A stretch of 64,000 nt of DNA from Occultella glacieicola (GTDB lineage: Bacteria; Actinomycetota; Actinomycetes; Actinomycetales; Beutenbergiaceae), in the NCBI RefSeq assembly GCF_004353825.1, contig NZ_SMNA01000002.1:248001-312000 (forward strand), in the 5' to 3' direction. The position numbers and the translations under genes were made by a program. Within the stretch, counting starts at the first letter, position 1. Each line of letters begins with the position of its first letter. Positions 28,698-38,300 of this stretch are shown here, piece after piece. The notes under the pieces are model-generated. The model was not told where the DNA came from and did not search any database. It saw only the letters and a program-made list of their open reading frames with translations.

Positions 28698-30869
28698 TCA
28701 AGCCTCGCCCGCGAGCTCGGAGTACAGGCCGGCGTCGTAGTCGATCAGGTCGTTGATGCCGCGCAGGTGGCTGACCGTGACCCACGGCAGCCACTCGCGG
28801 TGCCGCCCGAACCCCCGTGCGAGCGTGAAGCAGTAGTGCTCCTGCTGCCACCCGGGCCCGCGTGTGCCGCGATGATCCTCTGGGGTGCCGACCATCGCCT
28901 TGGTGTTGTGCAGGAGGATGCGCGCGACGTCCAGGTAGTGAAGGTCGTCGGTCTCCCTCGCGAGCCGCGCGTAGCTCTCGACGTCCCACGCCATGTAGGC
29001 GTCGTTCAGCGAGTGACCCGTGGCGATGAGCTGGATGCCGACCGTCGGCGTCCCGCGCTTCCAGTGCAGCTCGTCGTCGCACGCGTCCTGCGGCATCGGG
29101 ACGTCCCAGATGTACATCCAGGTCTCGGCGACGTCCGCGGCGATGCGGGCACGCTCGAGCCACGCCCCCTCGTTCGTGAGGTGATGCAGAGCGAGGTAGC
29201 CCTCCAACGCGATGGTGGCGGCCTCCTTGTCGACCACATCGGGGTTGTCGATCGTGCCGCCGGTGAAGCGACCCCGAGCGTGACCCCCGGAGCTCCACGC
29301 GAACTCACCCGCACGCAGCGCCGCCTCACGGTAGGGCTGGTGCGCCGTGATCCGATAGAGCTGCGCGTAGAAGGGGACCACGTTGTACGTTCCCGTGGTC
29401 GACGCCGAGAGCAACTCCCCGGACAACGCACGCCAGGAGCGAGGGAACCCGCCGTCGGGTTGTTCCTGGGTCAACAGCCAGTCCGCGAAGGTGCGAACCC
29501 ACACGAGCCAGTCCGAGCGATCCCGGCCCGCCCGCTCCTCGCGCTCGCACGCCCGCAGCAGCGACTTCATGTCGTCGGTGAAGCTGCGCAGGTAGATCGC
29601 CTGCTCGGTCGTGACCTCGCGCCCTGTGGGCCACGTCGAGACAGCGGGGACGCCCGATCGCAGCATGAACCCCTCGTCGAGCGGAGGGGCGACCGGCCGG
29701 CGCAGGAATGCGTCGATGCATTTCTCGGCGTCCCGCACGAGGCCCTTGCTGCGCTCCGATCCCGGGTCGCGGGCGGCCTCGACCAGCATCATCTCGGCGG
29801 AGCCCAGGGCATAGCCGGTGAACCCGAGGATGACCTTCGAGTCGGGATGCTCCTTGCCCCCGGGGATGGCCGGCATCACGAATTTCACGCCGGCACGGTT
29901 GCCGCCGACCGCATCCTCGACCTCGACGAAGTTCTCCGCGAGGACGTCCACCATGGTCGACCGCATGGTCTCGATGTCCTGTGGGTTCGGCCGCGGGTCC
30001 AGCACACCCCATGCCCATCGCCACGAGCTGGTGATCAGTTCGGTGGTGTCGGCTGCCCGGTCGAACCGGAACGTCACCTCGTAGCGCTGGGTGAACCCGT
30101 TCGTGAGCGGGCTGAACCGGTGCCGCCACCGTTGCTCGGCAGTCGCGCCATGTTCTCCGCCCCCCTTCGGGCCGTAGCTCAACGTCCCCTCCGAGCCCGG
30201 CATCGCGTAGCCCAGCGTCGTGCCGTCCGGCCGCTCCTCCGCGAGGATCGCGCCGAAGGCGAACTCCTCACCGACCATGGGCTCGCGCGAGAAGCTCTGT
30301 CCCTCCTCCGCGTTCGTCCGGCCGTCCGGTGCTGAGTTGAGGACGGCGAACGTCGCGCCGTCGGGCAGCCGGGTCGCGAGCAGCGGCGCGGGCATCCGGT
30401 CCTCACGGATCCACACCGTGTAGTTGCCGGGCTCGTAGTAGTTGCCTGCACCGAAGGAGTTGTCGCGCATGTGGTCGAAGTTGCCGTAGATCATGCCGGG
30501 CGCGAACCACTCCATCTGCGGCCACGGCTCGGCTCCGACCACCCGCATCGCGGCGACGCTCGTGAACCCGCCCGGGGCATCGCCGTGCACACGCACCTCA
30601 CGGCGCAGCCGCAGCGTGTCCTCCGCCTCCGTCCAGCGGTCCGTGAACCGCAGGGTCGCGCCGCTCGGTGTGTCGAGGCGACCGGTGCCCAGCCACTCTC
30701 CGCCGGTGCCGCGCAGGGCGTCATAGCCTCCGCACAGGGCGATGGGCTCGGAGTCGGTCCGGCCATCCCAGACGGCGACACGCAGCGGCGCGGCCTGCTC
30801 TGCCGAGACTGCTCCCGGCCCCCCTACGCGCAGGCCGAATGAGTTGTCGGCGTTCTTCAGCACATGCAC
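28698..30869 (-). CDS. Hypothetical protein, probable six-hairpin (alpha/alpha)6 glycosidase-like
   Basis: WLLTQEQPDGGF, YREAALRAGEF, GGTIDNPDVVDKEA, WLERARIAA helical repeats; no signal peptide. Confidence 0.6.
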   Translation of the reverse strand: MHVLKNADNSFGLRVGGPGAVSAEQAAPLRVAVWDGRTDSEPIALCGGYDALRGTGGEWLGTGRLDTPSGATLRFTDRWTEAEDTLRLRREVRVHGDAPGGFTSVAAMRVVGAEPWPQMEWFAPGMIYGNFDHMRDNSFGAGNYYEPGNYTVWIREDRMPAPLLATRLPDGATFAVLNSAPDGRTNAEEGQSFSREPMVGEEFAFGAILAEERPDGTTLGYAMPGSEGTLSYGPKGGGEHGATAEQRWRHRFSPLTNGFTQRYEVTFRFDRAADTTELITSSWRWAWGVLDPRPNPQDIETMRSTMVDVLAENFVEVEDAVGGNRAGVKFVMPAIPGGKEHPDSKVILGFTGYALGSAEMMLVEAARDPGSERSKGLVRDAEKCIDAFLRRPVAPPLDEGFMLRSGVPAVSTWPTGREVTTEQAIYLRSFTDDMKSLLRACEREERAGRDRSDWLVWVRTFADWLLTQEQPDGGFPRSWRALSGELLSASTTGTYNVVPFYAQLYRITAHQPYREAALRAGEFAWSSGGHARGRFTGGTIDNPDVVDKEAATIALEGYLALHHLTNEGAWLERARIAADVAETWMYIWDVPMPQDACDDELHWKRGTPTVGIQLIATGHSLNDAYMAWDVESYARLARETDDLHYLDVARILLHNTKAMVGTPEDHRGTRGPGWQQEHYCFTLARGFGRHREWLPWVTVSHLRGINDLIDYDAGLYSELAGEA

Positions 30870-30883
30870 AGCGCTGCCACCTC

Positions 30884-31888
30884 TCAGTGCTCGTCTTGGC
30901 GCGACGACGTGACCAGCATCGTCACTGCCTTGGTCACGGTCTCGCCAGGCCGGATCGTGAGCTCGGTCCCGGTCAGCTCACGGGCGCGGCGCACACCGCT
31001 GGGGTATCCGGACGCCGGCTCCAGGGCGAGCGAGTGAGCCGCTCCGAACCACGGGTAGTCCTGCCGACCGCCCGACTCGTACCAGTACCAGGCGAACGGG
31101 AAGTCCTCCCGCCTCCAGGCCAGCTCGACCGTGAGCCCGATCTCCGGGTTGTGGATGCGGGCGCGCACGTGGTCGTCGTCGAATGAACCGAGGAACGCGA
31201 GCCGTGCACCGCCGCTGCCTGCGGCGTCCAGCCTGGCGAGGTCGACGGCGGACCCATCGACCTCTGTGTGCGCCGGCCACCGTGGTGGTGCCGCGCTCGG
31301 CAGGACGTCGTCCGGCATGTCCGGATGCACGACGCACCCCGTCATCTCAACAGTCGTGGCCGGGCCGATCAACGGCTCGCCGAAGGCCGGGTGCTGGCAC
31401 CAGAGCACGTCGATCGGACGTGCGCCGACATGCTCGACCGACTCGGCGACAGTCACCTCGTTGCCCACAGCGACCACCGTCTTGGTGACGATGAACGGGC
31501 TGCGCGCCAGCGCCGTCGTCATCTGGACGCCGCCCGCAACGAGTTCCCAGGTGAACGGCGCGAGCCACGTCTCGCCGTGGAAGCCCCAGTCGACGCCGTA
31601 CTCGACCGACGCCCTCCCGGCGTTCGGGAACATCGTGTTCCAGCCCCCGCCCGAGCGGTCGAGCGCGAGCGCGTCCGGGGCGCCGGGCAGCGGGAGGGCT
31701 GTCGGCGGGCGCAGACCCCAGCGCGGTGTCCACAACAGCTCGACGTCGGTGGCCCGCTGGCGGATCGAGCAGACGTCGCCACCCTTGCCCGGGATCACGA
31801 CGACCTCGAGGCTCTCGGTGGTCAGGTGCACCGCCTCCCATCCGGAGCGCGTGCCGACTCCTTGCCGTGCGGAAGCATCGATTGTCAT
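30884..31888 (-). CDS. Aldose 1-epimerase / galactose-mutarotase-like protein
   Basis: GGWNTMFPNAG, FHGE, QHPAFG, LALEP; start MTIDASA. Confidence 0.8.
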   Translation of the reverse strand: MTIDASARQGVGTRSGWEAVHLTTESLEVVVIPGKGGDVCSIRQRATDVELLWTPRWGLRPPTALPLPGAPDALALDRSGGGWNTMFPNAGRASVEYGVDWGFHGETWLAPFTWELVAGGVQMTTALARSPFIVTKTVVAVGNEVTVAESVEHVGARPIDVLWCQHPAFGEPLIGPATTVEMTGCVVHPDMPDDVLPSAAPPRWPAHTEVDGSAVDLARLDAAGSGGARLAFLGSFDDDHVRARIHNPEIGLTVELAWRREDFPFAWYWYESGGRQDYPWFGAAHSLALEPASGYPSGVRRARELTGTELTIRPGETVTKAVTMLVTSSRQDEH

Positions 31889-31911
31889 CGTGGGTCCGTT
31901 CTCGGTGCGGT

Positions 31912-32790
31912 TCAGCGGAGGCCGACGCGGGCCATGGACCGCAGGAAGTGGCGCTGGAAGATCAGGAAGACGACGAGCACAGGAATCAGCGACGAGACCG
32001 ATCCGGCCATGGCGGGACCCATCGACACCGTGCCGTCCTCGGACATGAACCGCGTCAGCCCCAGGGGCACCGTGTACTTCGCCTCGTCCGTGATCATGAT
32101 GAGCGCACTCTCGTAGTCGTTCCACGTCGAGTCGAAGATCAGGATCGCCAGGGCCGCCAGAGCCGGCCGCGCCATCGGGAGATAGATCGACCAGAAGATC
32201 CGCCCTTCCCCGGCACCATCGATCCGGGCGGCCTCGCCCAGTTCGCGCGGCGCCGAGGCGAAGTGCTGGCGGAGCAGGAACGTCGCGAACACCGAAGCCA
32301 GCCCAGGCAGGATCAGCGCCCACAGCGTGTCGTAGAGGCCGAGCTCGCGGAAGAACATGAAACGCGGAACCAGCATCAGTTGGGCGGGAACCATCGACGT
32401 GGCCAGGAATGCGATGAACAGGACGTTCTGGCCCTTGAACCGCAACTGCCCGAACGCGTAGCCCGCGAGCGTGACGACGGCGAGCTCGCCGACGATGGTC
32501 GCGACCACGACGATCGTGGAGTTGCTGAAGTAGCGCACCATGGACCGCTCGCCGGTCCAGACGTCGAGGTAGTTGCCCCAGTCGACGGGGTCGGGGATCC
32601 AGCGGATCGGGATCTCGAAGATGTCGAGGTTCTGCTTCAGGGACGACGACACCATCCACAGGAACGGGACCAGGAAGACGATCGCGAGCAGCGCCATCAC
32701 GAGGCCGCGGACGAGCCAGGCGATCCGCTCCCGCCGCTGGCGCCTCACGAGGCTCGGGCGCGGTGCGTACCGCGCGGCATCGGCGCTCAT
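31912..32790 (-). CDS. Carbohydrate ABC transporter permease
   Basis: LGEAARIDGAG, WNDYE. Confidence 0.93.
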   Translation of the reverse strand: MSADAARYAPRPSLVRRQRRERIAWLVRGLVMALLAIVFLVPFLWMVSSSLKQNLDIFEIPIRWIPDPVDWGNYLDVWTGERSMVRYFSNSTIVVVATIVGELAVVTLAGYAFGQLRFKGQNVLFIAFLATSMVPAQLMLVPRFMFFRELGLYDTLWALILPGLASVFATFLLRQHFASAPRELGEAARIDGAGEGRIFWSIYLPMARPALAALAILIFDSTWNDYESALIMITDEAKYTVPLGLTRFMSEDGTVSMGPAMAGSVSSLIPVLVVFLIFQRHFLRSMARVGLR

Positions 32791-32803
32791 CGGGTGCTCC
32801 TGC

Positions 32804-33781
32804 TCATGTGTACAGACCTCGTCCGCGTTGGAGCTTGAAGAGGGCGATGGACAACGCCAGCACGGCCATCATGCTCATGATCCCGATGGCGGCGGCATAC
32901 CCGAAGCGGTACAGGTGGAACCCCGCCTCGTACATGTAGTACGAGAGCACGGTCGTCGAGTCGCCGGGACCGCCGCCGGTCATGAACTGGATGAGCCCGA
33001 AGCCCTGCGACCTGCCGATGAACGAGGTGATCAGCAGGAAGGTCAGGATCGGCACCAGGCCCGGGAGCGTGATGGTCGTGAACTGCCGGATCGTGCCGGC
33101 ACCGTCCAGTTTCGCCGATTCGTAGAGCTCGGTGGGCAGATCCTGCAGCGCAGCGATGATGAGGATCGCCACGTATCCCGCACTGATCCAGACGGACATC
33201 AGGATGATGGCCGGGAGCGCCCACTGCTGTGATGTGAACCAGCCGGGCGGGTCGCTGATGCCGATCCAACGGAGGAACTGGTTGACCATGCCCGACGTGG
33301 GGTTGAGCAGCGTCAGCCACACGGTGCCCGCCGCGATGACGTTGACCAGCGACGGCAGGAAGAAGATCGCCCGGATCAACCCGCGAGCCGGCATCGGGCG
33401 GTTGAGTGCCAGCCCGAGGAAGAGCCCGACGGTGATGGTGAGCGGTGTCCCGACGCCTGCGTAGATCAGCGTGCGCAGCGTCGAGGACCAGAACATGTCG
33501 TCCTGGAGCAGTTCCTGGAAGTTCTCCAGCCCGATCCATCTGATGCCCCCCAGCCCGGAGACGACGTCCCAGTCGGTGAAGGCGATGAACAGCCCGGAGA
33601 ACAGCGGGACGACGAGGAAGATGAGCACGCACACCACCGTCGGCATGACGAACAGCCACGGGATCCACCACTTGTAGCCGTCGATCAACTTCGTCCGCGG
33701 ACCCGACCTCGATGACGGCGCCCGGCCGCGCGGGACCTGGCCCGCGCGGCCTGACGTCGACGCGTTCTCCACTACAGTCAC
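32804..33781 (-). CDS. Carbohydrate ABC transporter permease
   Basis: LYESAKLDGAG, MTGGGPG. Confidence 0.93.
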   Translation of the reverse strand: MTVVENASTSGRAGQVPRGRAPSSRSGPRTKLIDGYKWWIPWLFVMPTVVCVLIFLVVPLFSGLFIAFTDWDVVSGLGGIRWIGLENFQELLQDDMFWSSTLRTLIYAGVGTPLTITVGLFLGLALNRPMPARGLIRAIFFLPSLVNVIAAGTVWLTLLNPTSGMVNQFLRWIGISDPPGWFTSQQWALPAIILMSVWISAGYVAILIIAALQDLPTELYESAKLDGAGTIRQFTTITLPGLVPILTFLLITSFIGRSQGFGLIQFMTGGGPGDSTTVLSYYMYEAGFHLYRFGYAAAIGIMSMMAVLALSIALFKLQRGRGLYT

Positions 33782-33794
33782 GAATCGTTCCCGC

Positions 33795-35159
33795 TCAGGA
33801 CGACCAGCTCGCGATGGCCTCGTCGGACAGGGTCTTCATCTCCTCGAGACCGTCGTCGATCGACTTGCTCCGCAGGCGGATCTCCTCCTCGATCTGCGAC
33901 TTGATCTCCGAGATCTCCGTGTACGCGGTGGTGATGGTCTTCACGGACAGCGGCGGGACGTCCGTGAAGAAGGTCTGCTCGAAGGACTCGACGTCGAACA
34001 GTTCGTCGGCGTTCTCACCGAAGAGGGCGGCGTTGAGTTCGGGGCTCGGCCCGTCCTGGAACTGGAACGGAGAGACCTTGCCGGACGGGGTCACGAGTGG
34101 GGCGCCCTCGTCCATCCAGAACTTCACGAACGTCCAAGCGGCGGATGGGTAGTTCGACTTGGCGGAGATCTGCACGTCGTCGCCGCGCACCCCAGGGTTG
34201 AAGTACGGCTCGCCGGCGCCCAGGCTCGGGTAGGGCCGGAAGGTGACACGGAAGTCGTGCGGGTACTCCTCGAGGTTCTTGACGTAGCGCGCGATGATCG
34301 TGCCGTCGAGCATCATCGCGAACGTACCGTCGAGGAAGTAGTTCTGCGCGTAGCCACCGATGTCCTCGGCCGTGATCCTCTCCTGGGTGAAGATGGAGCC
34401 GTCGTCCTCCATCGCCAGGGTGTCCTCGAGCCGCTTCCGGAAGAGCGGGTGGTCGAAGTTCGACTCGGACCCGTCCTCCGTGTAGAGATAGTCACCGCCG
34501 AGCCCCACGGCTGCGTGCCGCGGCACGTTGTAGGCGCCGACGTCGAAGCCGGAGTTCTTGAACTCCTGCGCGATCTGGTGGTAGTCCTCGATCGTCCAGT
34601 CGAACGGGATCTCGATCCCGGCCGCGTCCATCGCATCCTGGTTGATGACGACGAAGTTCGGGAAGTGCGTCGTCGGGATCGAGAAGAGCTTGCCGTTCAC
34701 CAGGGTGCTGATCGGCTCGTCCTGGACGAAGATGCTTGCCAGGTCGTCGTCTCCTGCGAGGTCGGTGAGGTCCAGGGCGAGGCCCGCCTGCGCGCGACGG
34801 ACGACGTCGACCGTGCCATAGGAGAAGAAGACGTCGATCGGGACGCCGCCCTGCAGCGCGGTGTCAAGTTTGAGGATTCCCTCGGCGTTGTTGACGAATC
34901 GGGTGTACTCGACCTCGATGTCCGGGTACTTCGCCATGAACGCGTCGACGAGCTCCTGCGGGCCCGCCTCGGGAGCCACACCGCCCCAGACGACGAGCCG
35001 GCCCTCCTCCGGAGACCCCATGTCCTCCGGCGGCCCGCCACCGGTGCCACCACTGCCGTCGCTCGGGCCGCACGCCGTGAGCGCGCCGGCGCCCGCGGCA
35101 AGCCCGAGCGCGCCTCCCAGCAGACCGCGTCGGCTGAACTGCCCATTGCCAATGACCAC
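33795..35159 (-). CDS. Carbohydrate ABC transporter substrate-binding lipoprotein (Tat)
   Basis: SRRGLL twin-arginine motif, LTAC lipobox; GTG 35159 after RBS GAGGAGG. Confidence 0.88.
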   Translation of the reverse strand: MVIGNGQFSRRGLLGGALGLAAGAGALTACGPSDGSGGTGGGPPEDMGSPEEGRLVVWGGVAPEAGPQELVDAFMAKYPDIEVEYTRFVNNAEGILKLDTALQGGVPIDVFFSYGTVDVVRRAQAGLALDLTDLAGDDDLASIFVQDEPISTLVNGKLFSIPTTHFPNFVVINQDAMDAAGIEIPFDWTIEDYHQIAQEFKNSGFDVGAYNVPRHAAVGLGGDYLYTEDGSESNFDHPLFRKRLEDTLAMEDDGSIFTQERITAEDIGGYAQNYFLDGTFAMMLDGTIIARYVKNLEEYPHDFRVTFRPYPSLGAGEPYFNPGVRGDDVQISAKSNYPSAAWTFVKFWMDEGAPLVTPSGKVSPFQFQDGPSPELNAALFGENADELFDVESFEQTFFTDVPPLSVKTITTAYTEISEIKSQIEEEIRLRSKSIDDGLEEMKTLSDEAIASWSS

Positions 35160-35225
35160 CGTCAAACCTCCTCGTTCGGACAGCTTCCATGTGCGCCGTG
35201 ACGCACGTTCTGTGGTGCTCACGGC

Positions 35226-35255
35226 AGTCTATTCTAGGTCTATAGATTGTGTCAA
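35226..35255 (-). promoter_or_regulatory. Sigma-A promoter of the importer operon
   Basis: TTGACA-N18-TAGACT on the minus strand. Confidence 0.7.
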
Positions 35256-35360
35256 TGTCTGGAGGTGCTTACATTTGAGTCCAACGCGAATGGGTGCGCT
35301 CTTGGCAAGCGCCTCGGCCTGCGACCGACGCGTGCGGTCGCAGGCCGGAGGCGGGGCCGC

Positions 35361-38300
35361 TCAGCCGAGTCTGAAGGTGATCGTCTCGGCGTTGCCGGCG
35401 ACGTCGTAGACCAGGAGCGTGTTCTCTCCCTCCACCGCGCCCGCGACGCCGGGCTCGAGAAAGTTCACGTCCGACCAGGTGTTGTCGACCAGATCGATCA
35501 CGGTGCCGTTGAGCACGGCTCGCGCGATCCTGCCGGCGTCGTAGAGTTTGTAGCTGACCCGCTCGTAGCCGTCCTCACCCTCGACCGTGAACTGTGGGCC
35601 CTCCTTGACCGTCACCGTCGGTGCGGTCGTGTCGACCGTGATGTCGAACGTGGACGTCCGGGACAGATTGCCCGCCAGGTCATGGGCGTTGTAGCGGATC
35701 GTGTACTCGCCGTCGGGCAACGACACCGACGCGGTGTGCGTGGCGGAGGTCGTACCATCGACCGCGCTCTGCGTGCTCTGCACCAGCTCACCGCCGGTGT
35801 ACACGTTCGCCACGATCCGGTCCAGCCCGACGTTGTCGGTCGCCTCCACCTCGATCTCGATGGTCGACATCGGACCTGCCGAACTCGGCGACGTCAAAGA
35901 CACCTCGGGACGCACGTCGTCGGCTGGTGTGAAGCCGCTGATCTTCTCGCTCAACGGGATCGGGTTGACGCTCATCGTGTACTCGGTGGACAGCGGCGCC
36001 GGGTGCCCCGAGCCGTCGCCGATCGACAGGCCATCGGCATCCGCCACGTACGGCTCGATGAACGCGTGCCTGGCCGTCTGGGTGTCCGGACCCGGGCGGG
36101 CCTGGAACGTGAACCAGCTGGTGCCCTCGTGGTCGACGAAGTTCGGGCCGGTACCAGTGCCCGTGACCTCACTGTTCAGGCTCATGATCGGGGTCGGGTT
36201 CTTGACCCAGCTCGACGCATCCATCGGGTCCCCACCGACGTACGTCAGGTACCCGATCGCGTAGTAGATGGTCCAGTAGCCGCTGGCCGAGTACGCCAGG
36301 AACACCTCGCCGTCATCCCCATAGACGGCGGTGCCACCCTCGACGACCTTCGGCCACCACATGTTCGGGTCGCTGGTGGACTGGGCGTACCCGTGCATCT
36401 CCCAGTCGTACTCGGACCTGGTGATGATGCTCGGGTCGCCGGTGAAGGTCCATGGGTTGGCGATCCTCGTCATGTTGATCGTCTGGTGGAAGTCAGCCGT
36501 ACCACGCCCGTCCTCGACGACGTAGGTGATGAACGTTTCGCCGGCCACCCTCATGTACGAGATACCCGCGACGAACTCGTCGGTGTTGAAGTCGGGATCG
36601 TTCTCGCTGGTGATCCGCTGCGGGACGTTGACCTCCCCGGTGACCGGGTTACCCCAGCGGCCCAGCAGGTCATCACCGTCGAGCGCCTTGAGAACGTACT
36701 GACGCTGGCCCTCGGCGGCCGGATCGCCCGGGTCGGTCGCCGACAGGTATAGGTACCACCCGGCGTTCTCCTCGCCGACGTCCTCGGCGGTCAGATGATG
36801 GATCTCCGGCGACCAGAGATTGATCATGTTCTCGGGAGCGAAGATCACCGACCCCACGGACTCGGACAGGTCCGAGGGGTTGGCTACCTTGTGCAGCGCC
36901 ATCGTGGTGCCGGAGGTCGCCAGGAAGTAGTACTGCCCGTCGTGGGTGAACATGTACGGGTCGGCCGCACGGACCAGTGGGTTGGTGAAGGTCAGCTCCC
37001 CCTCCGGCGCTGCGTCCGCGATCGCGCTCTCGACGTGCAGTGCGCTCGTCATGTTTCCGGCGAAGGCGTCCGGGCCGAGCAGGTCGGTCAGGTGACCGAA
37101 GTCGCCGCCGGTGACCGTGAGGTCGTAGGTGCCGGACAGCTCGGTGGAGCGCGACCTCGCCGGCGCGATCGTCGACCAGAACTCGCCGCCGTTCAGGGTG
37201 AGGTCCACGTCGTAGTCGGCTGCGTAGTCACTGCCGTCGCCCTCAAGGACGGCGTAGAGACCCTGGATGAAGGTTCCACCGTTGATCGTGGCCTCGATCG
37301 CACCCGTCGCGTCGCCCCGGTGGCCGAGCACGACCGGCCCGGAGAACGTGCCCCCGTCGATCTGGACCGTCACGTCGGCGTCGGTCGTGGTGGCCTCGGT
37401 GTTGTCGGAACCCCCGCGCAGGCCGGCCCACCGTCCACCCTCGACGGTCACCGAGGTGACCGGTGCGGGCACCGCGTCATTGCTCCCGCCGACGATGGTG
37501 AGGTAGGTCTCGCCCCGGCGCGTGAACTCGGTCTCGACGGCGGCGCCGATGATCAGGGGGTGACCCATCCCGTAGATGGTGCCGTCGAGGGCTGGGGACT
37601 GCAGCAGCAGGTTCTCGAACGTGGTCGGCCCGCCCAGCCGCAGGGCGCCCTCGATCTGGAGCGCTCCGCCGTCGGCAGCGAAGTCGATGTCGCCGTCGTG
37701 GGTGGTGAGGACGACGTGCGCACTGTGGTCGTCGACGTCGTAGCCCTCCTCGGCCGTGTACTGGTCGGTGACCACGACGCGCCCGTCCCCGGACAGCGCG
37801 GCGATCGCGGTGCTCAGGTCGCCGACGGCGTGGGTCGGGCTGCTCCCGTCGCCATCGCCGCCAGCGGACAGGTACACGACCTCGTCGTCCGTGACGCCGT
37901 CGAACGCCCCCGCGATCTGGTCGAGCACTCCTTGATCGGCATCCGGCAGGCGCACCAGGACGCGCGCCGCGCCATCGCTGGCCGACCAGCCCGCGATCGA
38001 GATCGCGCCGATCTCGGTGGCGCCGAGGCGCATCCTGACCTCGCCGTCAGCGCGCTCGAGCAGCGCGTCCTGCACGCTGCCTTCGAGGAGACGAGCCATC
38101 ACGGTCTCGGTGACCCGGCCCTCGGAGGAGGTGAGCGTCCCGACCTCGCCTCCGGCGATCGTGACCCGGGCACCGGCCACCGCGTACGGCTGGTCCGTAC
38201 CCGCCCACACGTGCTCGACCGCACCGCCGGCGATCGTCACGTCGGTCGTGCCCCCGAAGTCACCGGTCAGTCCGGTGATGCCGACCACCCGGGCGAACTC

